This document shows, one piece after another, positions 8,742 through 20,000 of a stretch of DNA of 64,000 nucleotides. The stretch is from NCBI GenBank assembly GCA_963668675.2, contig CAXXMB010000002.1, positions 32,001-96,000 of the forward strand. Direction: 5' to 3'. The notes below the pieces were generated by a model that saw nothing but the letters and a program-made list of their open reading frames with translations, did no database searches and was not told the origin of the DNA. This stretch comes from an uncultured Desulfatitalea sp. GTDB lineage: Bacteria > Desulfobacterota > Desulfobacteria > Desulfobacterales > Desulfosarcinaceae. Positions within the stretch are counted from its first letter, which is position 1, and each line of letters starts with the position of its first letter. A program made the translations under genes and the position numbers.

Positions 8742-10092
8742 CTGTTCTTCTCCTTTCATCCGGTTTGATGCCATAACCAACAATTTTCCGGCGAAGGGTG
8801 TTTTTATTGATCCCCAGTTCACGAGCGGTTTTCATTTTTTTCCAGTTGTTTTTTCGAAGCGTCTGCACAATTACTCTTTTCTCTATCTCTTTGAGGGTCG
8901 GGTTATGAGTCGAACCGGTGGTGTTGGTGTTTGATAGAAGCCTGTCGGGCAGATGTTTCACATCGATTATCTCTTCCCGGCACAGAACAAAGGCATGCTC
9001 AATAGCATTTTCCAGTTCACGCACATTGCCGGGCCAATCGTAACACGCCAGAATATTCATAGCATCCGGTGAGAGGCTCCGGATATTTTTACGTTTTTTA
9101 TTATTAAAACGGGTGATGAAGTGCTCTACCAGGAGCGGTATATCCTCTTTTCGTTCCATCAGTTTAGGTAAGTTCAATTTCATTACGTTGATGCGAAAGA
9201 AAAGATCCTCTCGAAACTTATCTTCCTCCACCATCCGGTCCAGATTGCGATGAGAAGCGACCACCACTCTGGCATTTGTATCTTTCGGCCGGACAGCGCC
9301 TAATGGCTCATACATCTTGTTTTCCAATACATGCAGCAGCCGGACCTGCAGGGCCGCTGAGATATCGCCAATCTCATCGAGGAAAATGGTCCCATTACGG
9401 GCCCGTTCAAAACGACCCGGTTTATCGGTTTTCGCATCGGTAAAGGCGCCGGCTTTATATCCGAAAAGCTCCGACTCGATGAGGGTGTCTGGAATCGCTC
9501 CGCAATTCACCGGCACGAAAGGACCGTTTTTATGGGGGCTGTTGTTGTGGACGGCTCTGGCGATCATCTCCTTTCCTGTGCCCGTTGCGCCCTCAATAAG
9601 CAGCGTACAATCACTATCGGCGATCAATTTGAGATTGGAAAAAATGTCGAGCATCTTTTGGTTTCTGCTGATCATGTTCTCGAAACCACAGCCACGACGA
9701 CACATTGGAGCGGCAGCTGTGAGCCCGGACAGTTCCCTGAACGTCTGGACAGCACCGATAATGCGGCCGTCATCTCCCCTTATTGCTCCGGCATGGACGG
9801 CAAGGGGCACTGGCCTTGCGTCCGGGGAGCGCATCATGACCATTTCATTGGTGAACGCCCTTTTCCGATCCGGGCATTTCTTAAAAACCTTATCGATATC
9901 GGCGGTCCAGGCGCCGAACGCCTCCCGATAGGGTCGACCGATAACGGCCCGTGCGCATAGACCGGTTAGTTGCTCCGCCTTGCGGTTGAATGTGGTAATC
10001 CGCCACTCCATATCAACCGCTACGACCCCTTCCTCAAGACTGTCGAGTACAATGCGACAATATTTAGGAAGAATTTCGGGTTGCTGTTTCAT
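8668..10092 (-). CDS. PAS-domain sigma-54-dependent transcriptional activator (OrpR-like)
   Basis: PAS; GATGTGKE; ESELFGYKAGAFTDA; WPGNVRELEN; Fis-type HTH. Confidence 0.9.
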   Translation of the reverse strand: MKQQPEILPKYCRIVLDSLEEGVVAVDMEWRITTFNRKAEQLTGLCARAVIGRPYREAFGAWTADIDKVFKKCPDRKRAFTNEMVMMRSPDARPVPLAVHAGAIRGDDGRIIGAVQTFRELSGLTAAAPMCRRGCGFENMISRNQKMLDIFSNLKLIADSDCTLLIEGATGTGKEMIARAVHNNSPHKNGPFVPVNCGAIPDTLIESELFGYKAGAFTDAKTDKPGRFERARNGTIFLDEIGDISAALQVRLLHVLENKMYEPLGAVRPKDTNARVVVASHRNLDRMVEEDKFREDLFFRINVMKLNLPKLMERKEDIPLLVEHFITRFNNKKRKNIRSLSPDAMNILACYDWPGNVRELENAIEHAFVLCREEIIDVKHLPDRLLSNTNTTGSTHNPTLKEIEKRVIVQTLRKNNWKKMKTARELGINKNTLRRKIVGYGIKPDERRRTDVDTNTPNGKRRSDRPASGRHFTI

Positions 10093-10214
10093 ACACCACA
10101 CCGCCGTCTGTTCGGGCCACCGTAAGAACAACACGCATTAAAGGCTTGCATTGGACTTCAAAGGCGGGAGAAGAACTTCGGGCCTTGTCCCCCCTTTGAA
10201 ATGGATGGGCAAGA

Positions 10215-10571
10215 TCAGATGACTGCCTGCGCAAGCACATCCGAAAGAACGAATTCGGATTGCAGGCCTACAAATCTTTGGAGCTCTTTTCCGTTTTTAA
10301 AAATAATCAGCGTGGGGATACTCCGAATACCAAAATCACGTGCAGTGGTTCGGCATTTGTCCACGTTGACGGTAACAACGCTGACTTTGCCCTCGAACCG
10401 GTCGGCCATTTGGTTAAGAATCGGTTCTTGGGCGCGGCAGGGTGCGCACCAAGGCGCACTGAAATCCACCAAGGCAACGCCGTGTTCAACTGCCACCCGC
10501 AGATCTTCTTCGGACGACACGTCCTTCATTGCCTTTTTCCTCAGATCTGATCCTTCAGCGGTCCTGGGCAT
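10215..10571 (-). CDS. trxA: thioredoxin
   Basis: VDFSAPWCAPC active site; GIRSIPTLIIFKNG. Confidence 0.88.
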   Translation of the reverse strand: MPRTAEGSDLRKKAMKDVSSEEDLRVAVEHGVALVDFSAPWCAPCRAQEPILNQMADRFEGKVSVVTVNVDKCRTTARDFGIRSIPTLIIFKNGKELQRFVGLQSEFVLSDVLAQAVI

Positions 10572-10623
10572 GCCAATCACCTTTCCACAACAAACTGCTC
10601 GCCGTTGACGGAAAAGGAGAGAG

Positions 10624-10639
10624 AGCAAACTCGATGCCG
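10624..10639 (-). promoter_or_regulatory. sigma-54 promoter of thioredoxin
   Basis: Minus strand CGGCATCGAGTTTGCT = GG-N10-GC. Confidence 0.6.
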
Positions 10640-10666
10640 CCCATGCGCCAGCGCGTCAAGGCTTCA

Positions 10667-10972
10667 TCAGTTTCCCAGGGTGTCCGCCATCTCTTCGCTC
10701 TTCAGGTGCAGATCCCACGCTTCGCCCCACAAATCGGGCACCGTCTCTTCTACCTGTAGAATGGATTCGTAAGAAACCTCAATTTCGTTAAAGATTTTTT
10801 CCAACTCACGTTCATCAGGGGCGAGCCAGACACAGTAGCGCCATCCTTCCTTTTCATTGAAGTAAGTCCGCAACCACTGCGCATTTTCGACCTTTGCCAG
10901 TTTTCGCCAATTGGCCTGCACGACATTGCAATCGATACCTGGGTTATGATGGACAACCATAAACTTATTCAT
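10667..10972 (-). CDS. small hypothetical protein (DUF4242-like fold suspected)
   Basis: MNKFMVVHH...WLRTYF...YCVWLAPDE pattern; AGGGGG RBS. Confidence 0.6.
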   Translation of the reverse strand: MNKFMVVHHNPGIDCNVVQANWRKLAKVENAQWLRTYFNEKEGWRYCVWLAPDERELEKIFNEIEVSYESILQVEETVPDLWGEAWDLHLKSEEMADTLGN

Positions 10973-11049
10973 TTCACACCCCCTGTCTTTTTTGCAGTTT
11001 GGGATTAAGGCAAAACCGCCGACCACTGCATCGATGCACCCAATAGAGA

Positions 11050-11066
11050 AGCAAAAAAGATACCAG
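11050..11066 (-). promoter_or_regulatory. sigma-54 promoter of the 10667-10972 gene
   Basis: Minus strand CTGGTATCTTTTTTGCT = GG-N10-GC about 80 nt upstream of the ATG. Confidence 0.5.
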
Positions 11067-11311
11067 ATTGCCACGATGGCAATTCTGTCGCCATCAGTAA
11101 TGCGAAAAATGAAACGCCCCGAATCGGAGCCAAAAAGGCAAAAAAATGTGTAGTTAAGGAAAAACTGAATGGTGGTGCCTACAAACAGCTGCTCAATGCG
11201 GGACAACAATAGATTGTTTTACATCTCACAAACAACGTTTGATGATGAATTGTTCCGAATGAAGAGAGTATGCAAGCAGTACAAGCGCAGATCTTGGACC
11301 CAATTTTGCCT

Positions 11312-11340
11312 TTGACAGGCGTCTATAGTGGCGCTACAGT
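11312..11340 (+). promoter_or_regulatory. sigma-70-type promoter of the second activator
   Basis: TTGACA-N17-TACAGT, overlapped by palindromes. Confidence 0.5.
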
Positions 11341-11389
11341 AGCGCCATAGTGGCGCCACTGTTACAGCAGCGAATCGTCTCATTTTTAT

Positions 11390-12802
11390 ATGTCAGCGAA
11401 ATCATCCATGCCCACACAAATCATTTTAAAAAACGGTTTTGTCAAACTCTTACTGGAGTCGCTGGGCGACGGCGTTTTCACACTCGACTCCCAGGGTCGG
11501 ATTACATCGTGGAACCCGGCGATGGAACGAATCGCCGGATACAGCGCCGAGGAGATGATCGGTAAAACCTGTGGGACATTGTGCTTCAACCAATGTTTCG
11601 GTCACCAGTGCCCCGCCGACCCAATACAGTGCGGCATATATAAATCGGGCAAGGTGGAGCCCACCGAGTGCTATTTAACCCACAAGGACGGCCATGCCGT
11701 ACCGGTCATCAAAAACGCCCGGGTAATTCGGGAAAAGGACGATACCATCATCGGCATCGTGGAGGCGGTCACGGATCTTACGGACCTGAAAAAAGCCAAA
11801 GCCAAAATGGAAGAAGCCTCTCTGAGGCTTGCCGAACATTACCGCTTCGGTAATATCATCGGGAAAAGCCATGCCATGCAGCAAGTGTTCTCTTCCATCA
11901 AAGCCGCTGGGGCAAGCGAAGCCACGGTTCTGATTCAAGGCGAAAGCGGTACCGGCAAAGAGTTGGTGGCGGGCGCCATCCATTACAAGAGCAACCGGAA
12001 ACACAATCGGCTGATCACCGTCAATTGCAGCGCCCTTCCCGAATCCCTGTTGGAAAGCGAACTGTTCGGCCACGCCAAAGGCTCCTTCACAGGCGCGGTA
12101 GGATATCGCGTCGGCCGGTTCGAGGAGGCGGACGGTGGCACCATTTTCCTGGATGAAATCGGCGACATCAGTCCATTGATACAGCTCAAACTGCTGCGGG
12201 TTCTGGAAGAACGCAGAATCGAGCGGGTTGGGGAGTCCAAAGGCAGGCCAATAGATATCCGCATTATCACCGCCACCAACAAAGATTTGTTGAATAGGGT
12301 TAAAGGCGGATACTTTCGAGAGGATTTATACTATCGCCTGAAAGTCTTTCCCATCTACCCACCGCCGTTGAGGAAAAGAAAAGAAGACATTCCGCTTCTC
12401 GTACATCATTTTATCGCCGTGCATAACAAAAAAACAGGCAAGCGCATTAAGGGGCTATCCCAACCGGCCATGCGCATCTTTATGGATTACGAGTGGCCCG
12501 GAAACGTCCGTGAGCTGGAAAATGCCATCGAACATGCCTTTGTCTTATGCAACGAAAAGCAGATCGATTTGTTCGATATACCGGTTGAAGTGCGGCAGTT
12601 CGATTATTACACCTATCAAACGAAGCAGCCCAACTCTTTGGCGAACAATGTTCAACCCGATCGCAAACTGACCCGAGAACATCTCCTACGCCTATTAACC
12701 GAGTGCCGCTGGAACAAAGCCGAAGTCGCCCGGCGCGTAGGCCTCAGCAGGGCTTCGATCTGGAAGTATATGAAAAAATGGAATATCCCGAACAAAAGGT
12801 AG
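11390..12802 (+). CDS. PAS-domain sigma-54-dependent transcriptional activator with Cys-rich PAS
   Basis: PAS containing CGTLCFNQCFGHQCPADPIQC; GESGTGKE; ESELFGHAKGSFTGA; WPGNVRELEN; HTH. Confidence 0.9.
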   Translation: MSAKSSMPTQIILKNGFVKLLLESLGDGVFTLDSQGRITSWNPAMERIAGYSAEEMIGKTCGTLCFNQCFGHQCPADPIQCGIYKSGKVEPTECYLTHKDGHAVPVIKNARVIREKDDTIIGIVEAVTDLTDLKKAKAKMEEASLRLAEHYRFGNIIGKSHAMQQVFSSIKAAGASEATVLIQGESGTGKELVAGAIHYKSNRKHNRLITVNCSALPESLLESELFGHAKGSFTGAVGYRVGRFEEADGGTIFLDEIGDISPLIQLKLLRVLEERRIERVGESKGRPIDIRIITATNKDLLNRVKGGYFREDLYYRLKVFPIYPPPLRKRKEDIPLLVHHFIAVHNKKTGKRIKGLSQPAMRIFMDYEWPGNVRELENAIEHAFVLCNEKQIDLFDIPVEVRQFDYYTYQTKQPNSLANNVQPDRKLTREHLLRLLTECRWNKAEVARRVGLSRASIWKYMKKWNIPNKR

Positions 12803-12940
12803 ATCTTTTTTGGGTTACGTCCCAGCTCATGGGTGAGGGGCGCCTCTTAGCTGCAGTTAAATCATTCAGCATCGTATGAGTGGGCTGTGCTCTGACGCCC
12901 TGACCGATGCACCCGCACAAACCTACAGTTGCGGTACCAG

Positions 12941-15376
12941 TTATTTCAACAACGCCACCGTCTCGGCAATCTCTTTCTCCGACACCGATTGCCGCAGCTG
13001 CTCCATGCGCGTCATCACCTCCGCGAAGCGAATCCCCTCGGCCGCACTTACCCACTCGAGCTGCAACCGTTCCGGACGAATGCCGCGCTTCTCCATCTTC
13101 TTGCGCACTTTCTCCACCCGCTTGACTGTCCAGTGGTTGGCGTCGATGTAGTGGCAATCGCCGATATGGCATCCGCTTACCAGAACCACCGGAACGCCCT
13201 TCTTGAACGCATGCCAGATAAAGTCTTCGTCCACCCTCCCCGAGCACATGGTACGGATCAACCGGGCGTTGGGCGGATACTGCAACCGGGACACGCCGGC
13301 GTAGTCGGCCCCGGCATACGAGCACCAATTGCAGGCAAAGGTGAGAATCTTTTCGGCCGGACGCTCCTCGAGCATCGTGTCGATCTGATCGTAGATCTGG
13401 GGGTCGGTGAAATGGTTCATGACGATGGCGCCGAACGGGCATTCGGCCGCACAGGTGCCGCAACCGGTACAGGCCGCCGTCGCAATCTTGGCCGGAATCT
13501 TCTTCTTCGGATCTACCGTGATAGCGTTGTAGGGACACACCTCGGCGCATTTGCCGCACGCTTTGCACTGTTCGGTGATCACTTCGGAAGTAATCGCTTC
13601 GGCGCTGATTTTGTCCGACTGCATGAGACGGATGGCACGCACCGCCGCTGCCGAAGCCTGGGTGACGCTCTCCTTGATGTCCTTGGGGCCTTCGGCACAG
13701 CCGGCGTAGAAGATACCGCGCGTGGCGGCGTCCACCGGCTGCAGCTTGGGATGGGCCTCCAGATAGAAGCCGTCGGAGGTCAACTGCAGCCCCATCATCT
13801 CCTGGAGCCGGTTGGTCCCCTTGGCCGGTTCGATACCGATGGCCAATACCAGCATATCCAGCTCGTAAAAGTCCAGCGATTGGGTGCCGGTGTTCTCTAC
13901 CGCCACCTTCAAGCGGCCATCGGCCAACTCCTCCACATGCCCCGGCAACCCGCGCACATAGTGCACCCCCATCCGGCGGCTGCGGGTATAGAGATCTTCA
14001 AAGCCCTTACCAAACGCACGAATATCGATATAGAACACCTTGATATCGATATCCGGGTAGTGCTCCTTGAGCACCAGGGTACTCTTGATGGTGTTCATGC
14101 AGCAGATGTTGGAGCAGTAGGACTTGCCCCGGCGAGCCGATCGGGAGCCCACACACTGCACGAAGGCCACCGACTTGGGGTGCCGCCGATCCGACGGACG
14201 CACCAACGCCCCCTGGGTGGGGCCGCCGGCATTGACCATGCGCTCGAACTCCAGACTGGTCAGCACATTCTCGAAGCGCGTGTAGCCGTACTCATCCAGT
14301 ACGCGTGGATCGTGCGGCCGGAGACCGGTGGCCACCACAACCGTGCCCACCCGCTCGCTGATCGTCTCGTCTGACATATGAAAGTCGATGCACTTCTTCT
14401 CGCAGGCGTCCAGGCACTTGCTGCACACCACAGGGTTGTGCCCCAGGCACTCGTTGGGATTGAGGACATATGCCGACGGCACCGCCTGGGGAAACGGCGA
14501 GTAGATCGCATGGCGCGACGAGAGCCCCATATTGAATTCGTCCGGGCGCACCACCGGGCACACCTTGGCACATTCGCCGCAGGCGGTGCACTCCTTCTCA
14601 TCCACATAGCGGGCCTTCTTGATGATCTTGACATCGAAGCTTCCCACGCTGCCTTTGACATCCACCACTTCGCTCAGGGTATGGATCGTAATGCGGGGAT
14701 GCCGACCGGCATCCGTCATTTTCGGACCCAGAATTCAGATCGAGCAGTCCATGGTGGGGAAGGTCTTGTCCAGTTGGGCCATCACCCCTCCAATGGAGGG
14801 CTGGCGCTCGACCATCACCACATCGTAACCGTTGTCGGCCATGTCCAGCGCCGCCTGAATGCCGGCGACGCCGCCGCCGATCACCAACGCCTTCTGGGTC
14901 ATGGGCAGTTTAGGTTCGACAAGCGATTCAAGCCTGCGGGCCCTGGCCACCGCCATTTTGACCAAGTCAAATGCTTTGGCCGTCGCCGCCTCGGGTGTCT
15001 TCATGTGGACCCAGCTGCACTGCTCGCGCAGATTGGCCATCTCCAGAAGATAGGGGTTGAGTCCGGCGGCGATCAGCATCTGACGAAAGGTGGGCTCGTG
15101 CAGCCGCGGCGAGCAAGACCCCACGACGATGCGGTTCAAACCATGATTGGCAATGTCCTCCCGGATCTCGCGCTGCCCTGGCTCACTGCAGGCATAGCCG
15201 ATCCCCTTGGCCACCGCCACATCGGGCATTTCCGCCATGGAGGCCGCAATACCGTCGCAGTCCACGGTCTGGGCGATGTTCATGCCGCAGTGGCACACAT
15301 AGACCCCGATCCTTACATCGGAATCGGGCTGCGATGCCACGCCTGAAGAAGTCGATAAAACAGTCGATGTCGTCAT
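12941..15376 (-). CDS. hdrA: selenocysteine-containing heterodisulfide reductase subunit A fused to an MvhD/FlpD domain
   Basis: ORFs 14735-15376 and 12941-14719 are in one frame, joined by TGA in DKTFPTMDCSI-U-ILGPKM where HdrA has Cys; RIGVYVCHCG, QCVGSR, YCSNICC; C-terminal FACNWCSYAGAD, MCSGRV, GCHIGDCHY. Confidence 0.92.
14690..14720 (-). promoter_or_regulatory. bacterial SECIS element
   Basis: AAUG-A-CG-GAUGCC-GGUC-GGCAUC-CC-CG-CAUU hairpin; apical loop starts with G, about 28 nt after the UGA at 14735-14737. Confidence 0.8.
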
Positions 15377-15503
15377 GATCTCTTCCTGAATGAATTTAAC
15401 GCCACTATTGAAAGGTGCTCGTTCATTTTTACCGAATTAGACATGCCAAATAGGAATCCAATCGATGGAACACCTAAACTTTCATACTTTCCAACTTTCT
15501 TAC

Positions 15504-17090
15504 TTACTCCCAATATATCGACCGTGCGATGGCGCTGGTCAGATCCACCATCTCCACCCTCAGGTCGTCGCCGCGCATGGCATCCTCCATGGCACAGCGC
15601 AAGTGGATCTGGCATTTGGGGCACGCGGTTATCATCTTGTCGCTACCGCTCTGCCGCACCCGCTCCAGACGCTTAACCTGCATTTGCTTACTGAAAGCAT
15701 CGCAGCCGATCCAGGCACTGTTCCCGCAGCATTCTGTGGACACCTGGGCATCGACCAGGGCATCCGGAGACGTGGCGAACATCTTTCTGAGCAGTTTGCG
15801 AGGCAGCTCCGCTTCACCGTTGAAGCGGCTCTGACGGCAGGCGTCCTGGAAGGTGAAGCGCCCCTCGGGCGCTTTGAAGGCCACCGCCCCCTTGCCGATC
15901 TCACGCTCCAAAAAGGCATGCATGTGGGTCACTTTCACCGGCAGCTCAAGGCCGTGGCGGGTGTATTCGGTGGCCAGCGTGTGGTAGCATTCGGGACAGG
16001 CGGTGATAATCTCTTCGGCCCCGCTGTCGGCGATGGCCTGGGCGTTAAGCTTGGCCAGACGCATAAAATTCTCCCGGTCTCCGGACCAGAGCAGGTCGTG
16101 GCCGCAGCAGCGCTCGTTCTCCATCAACATCGGATCCACATCGAAGAAGTTGAGCAGGCGCAGGCTGTCTTCAAGGATGCGCTTGGTCTCCACGCCGAGG
16201 AATTTGTGGAAGAAGATATCGAAATAGGAGGCACACCCGCCAAAGAAAAGAACAGGCCCCTGTTCGGACGTGCGGATACCCTCGGGCAGGTTCTGCCAAC
16301 GCCTGGGTTGCACGGTCTCTGAGGCCATGGCGCGCATCATGCTTTGGAAAAAACCGCCATGGGCCGGTGCACCAGCCACCTCACGCCGGTGGTAGTAGGC
16401 CCGCATCTCTTTGATAAATTCGGGAAAATTGACCGCCGAGGGGCAACGGTCGTAACAGACGCCGCAGGTCAGACAGGCGTTGACCGATTCGCGCACCTGG
16501 AGCCGGTCGGCGTGACCGGCGATCACTTCTGTGGCCACGAAACGGGGAGAGAAGGGCTTGCCGGCCAGGGCCAGAGAACAGGCCGAGGTGCATTTGCCGC
16601 AGTCCTGGCAGGCGAACACGTCGTGCCTGGCGGCAATCGCCTCGGGTGTTTCCTCACTGTGGGCCTGATCCTCAACTGCCGCTGGCGCCACCACCGGGGT
16701 TTTGCCCATCCGGCGCACCCTTTCGGTAAAATCGGTCAGGAAATCGAGGAGCGCTTCTGGCTCATCGGGCAAAAAGTTGCCCAGCTGCAGTCGCTCCCGC
16801 CCCAGGCCCAACAGATCGAGAATCCGGCGTGTATCGTCACTGTTCTCCAGGGCCGAAGCGGTGCCCGTTCCATAGCGGCAGCTGCCCGGCTTACATCCGA
16901 GCAGAATGACGCCGTCGGCACCCATCTCGAACGGTTTGAACAGCAGCGCCTTGCTGATGCGACCACTGCACGGGATACGCACCATCTTAATTTCCATCGG
17001 AATATCAGCACCCTGATCCTGCAACGCCTGGTAGGCGGCATGGGGTCCCCAGTTACACAAAAACAGGACGATCTTGAACTCTGCTTGCAT
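15504..17090 (-). CDS. MvhD-like / HdrD-like (2x[4Fe-4S] + CCG domains) fusion protein
   Basis: N-terminal LCNW, RIPCSGRI, GCKPGSCRY; CQDCGKC and CLTCGVC clusters; CCGH...TACPEC and CCGN...TACPKC. Confidence 0.85.
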   Translation of the reverse strand: MQAEFKIVLFLCNWGPHAAYQALQDQGADIPMEIKMVRIPCSGRISKALLFKPFEMGADGVILLGCKPGSCRYGTGTASALENSDDTRRILDLLGLGRERLQLGNFLPDEPEALLDFLTDFTERVRRMGKTPVVAPAAVEDQAHSEETPEAIAARHDVFACQDCGKCTSACSLALAGKPFSPRFVATEVIAGHADRLQVRESVNACLTCGVCYDRCPSAVNFPEFIKEMRAYYHRREVAGAPAHGGFFQSMMRAMASETVQPRRWQNLPEGIRTSEQGPVLFFGGCASYFDIFFHKFLGVETKRILEDSLRLLNFFDVDPMLMENERCCGHDLLWSGDRENFMRLAKLNAQAIADSGAEEIITACPECYHTLATEYTRHGLELPVKVTHMHAFLEREIGKGAVAFKAPEGRFTFQDACRQSRFNGEAELPRKLLRKMFATSPDALVDAQVSTECCGNSAWIGCDAFSKQMQVKRLERVRQSGSDKMITACPKCQIHLRCAMEDAMRGDDLRVEMVDLTSAIARSIYWE

Positions 17091-17093
17091 TTA

Positions 17094-20000
17094 TCAGCTC
17101 CTGCTGCCGGCCATCAGCAGCTCTTCCAGGGTCTGTTCCAGGTAGACCTGATCGCGAAAGGGACTGTCGGCCGCGTTGGACGGACAGACCGAGATGCAGT
17201 TGCCACACCCCTTGCACAGGGCATCATCCACCACGGCGGTAAAACCGATTCCGCCGTTGGTTGTGAGGCTGATGGCCTGATAGGGGCACGCCTTGAGACA
17301 GCGCCCGCAGCCGCGGCAGAGTGCCCCGTCGATCACCACCGAAAAACCGCGGCTCTGGCGCGGGCCGTTGGGCATGGCCGCTGCGGACATGATAGCCGCC
17401 GCCTCACCCTTGGTGCGCTTGGAGATCTGGATGCCGGGCGGATCGGCGAGAAAAAGGCCGGCAATCGAGGTGCCGCAGGGGTACATGTAGGGGATGCCGG
17501 GGACCTGATCCTTCTGCATGCGGGCCTGTACCTTCACGCCGGGAAGATCCGCATGGTGCTGGTAGATAGCGATATTGCGGGACTTCTCCCCCAGGATCAC
17601 AGCCCCCACATTGAAGGTCCGCGGCCCGTCGCCACACTCGGTATGGATCTGGAAATTGCCGATGGTGCCACCCACAGCGTGGACGCTCGATCCGTCGAAA
17701 GCGAAGATGTGGGGATGGTCGGGTGCCTCGTCTAGTGGATGTTTGGCCGAACCGAACATCAGCACCTCGAAACCGGCCCTGGCCAGGGTCAACGCGGCAT
17801 TGCGGGCCGCCTCGGTCTGACCGATCACGGCGGTGGTGAAATTGTAATTGCGTGCCGGTGCAGGAAACGGCAGCAGTTTGCGGGCGCGCCTGACGCTGCG
17901 CGTGATGATACCTTCGAAAAGGCTGACAGCCAACGATTCGTCGTTGACCAGGTGCCGCAGCACTTCGCCCCTGAGATTGATGGTCTGCACCATCGAGCGG
18001 CTGATACCGGTCCCCTCGAAAAGCCCCCGTTTCAGACGGCTGCGCTGATCGGTACAAGCGCTGCAGACGAAATTGAGCGGGCAGCAGACGCACGAGGCCA
18101 GTACCAGTCGGGTCAGCCCTTGGTCCCGAACCGCATCGACCACTCGCTGAATCCCTTCGGGTGTGCAGGCGGACGGCAACGCTTCACAGTGGACGATGTC
18201 CTCCTGCGTATGGAGCTGAGCCAGGCAGGCATCCATCCCCTCCGACCAGCCGAGTGAGTCGTTGCAGCGGCAGGCGAACACCCCTAAGCGTACGTTTCGG
18301 TCCAGTCCCACATCGGGCGGCACGAAGCTGATGCTCCGCCCCTTCATGCGCATGCCATGCTGTTTGAGCAGCACCATGGCACGCGCCGCGGCCGAAAAGC
18401 CGCGCAGCATCATGGCGTGAACATCGGTTTTGGCAGCCGGCGGACCGTATGCCCGGATCACATCGTCACCCCGAATACCCGGCACCATCTCGGGGTCGGC
18501 AACGATCAAAACGCCCGTGTTTTCCAAAATGGTTTCGGTCTCTTCATCATGGCAAATGGCTTGATTGGCTTCGCAAACCGGGAGACACGCCAAACACTGG
18601 GCGCAACTGCCGCACTGCAGGCAACGCGCCGCCTCGGACCGCGCCTGCTCCTCGTCAAACCCCAAGGCCACCTCGTTGAAGTTGACTTGGCGCCGTTCAA
18701 CCGGCAGCTCGGGCATGGCGGTACGCTCCTTCAGCGGCAGATCGTCAGGGACCGGATCGAAGTCGCGTGTCTCGGGCCGCTGTGGAACGACCCGCCCGCG
18801 GTCATGGCCGCCCGGCCGGCCGGTCAAGTCTTCGACCACCTGGCCGGCCACCCGACGTCCGTCGGCCATGGCCTTGACCACAGAGGTGGCGCCGGTGGTT
18901 GCATCGCCGGCCACATAGACGCCCGCCATGCCGCTGCGGCCCAACTCGTCCGACGCAATCAACCCGCGGTCGCTGACGTGCCATCCGTCCGAAGAGGGCA
19001 TGTCGCTGTAGGCACCGGTCTGGCCGATGGCCACGAACGCCCGCTCAAAAGCAAGCGCTTCGGTCCGGCTCTCCGGCACGATGACGGGCCATGCAATACC
19101 GTTGGCGTCGGCCGGCCCCGGTTGGGTGGCCCGTACCTGAACGACCTTCAAGCTGCCGCTGCTTCCGGAGAATCCAACCACCTGACTGCGTTCCCGGAAT
19201 TCGATCCCCTCTTCAAAGGCAGCGTGCACTTCGTCGACGTCGGCAGGGATCTCATCTCGGCCGAACCACGATACCATTGTGACCTTTGCGCCCTGGCGGT
19301 TAAGCACCCGGGCCAGGTCGAAAGCGGCGTTGCCGTCGCCGATCACCGCCACCCGGCCGCTGACATGACCGTCATCGCCACGGTAGAATCGATTGAGATA
19401 GGAGAGACACCCCTCGACACCCTTCAGGGACTCGCCCTCAACGCCGAGGTTCCGGTCGGCCCACGATCCGGTGGTGACGATCACCGCCCGGTGGTCGCGG
19501 CTCATCCGGGCCAGCCCTTCTGGCATGGCCACCTCGTGGTTTGTGACGAAACGAACGCCTTCGGCCTCGATGGCCGCCAGCTCCTCGTCGAGGATCTTCC
19601 TGGGCAGCCGGTGGGGGCCGATGCCATATCGCAAAAGGCCGCCGGCCTCCTTCTCACGCTCATAGACCGTGACCGGATATCCCTGGCGGGCCAGATCGGC
19701 CGCCGCCGCCAATCCGGTGGGGCCCGACCCGATGATGGCGATGGGATCGCCGCCTTTGGCGGGCACCGCTTTCGGAGCTGCCTCTGACGCCCCGGAGGCC
19801 CGATCTGCCACGAATCGCTTGATATCGCGGATAGCCAGGGCGCCGTCCTTTTCGGAACGCCGGCAGGCCGCCTCGCACGGATGGGTGCAGATGCGGCCGC
19901 AGATGGCGGGCAGCACATTGTCCCTCCGGATCACCTCCAGAGCTTCCGCATAACGCCCGGCCGCCGTCAGGGCCATATACCCCTGGACATTGACCCCCAA

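Noticed and set aside
14735..14737. hdrA as a nonsense-disrupted pseudogene or two genes
   Set aside because: The TGA sits at a conserved Cys position with a SECIS-like hairpin downstream; Sec recoding explains it better.
15432..15451. sigma-54 promoter upstream of Sec-hdrA (TTGGCATGTCTAATTC)
   Set aside because: Good -24 box but no GC/GT at -12.
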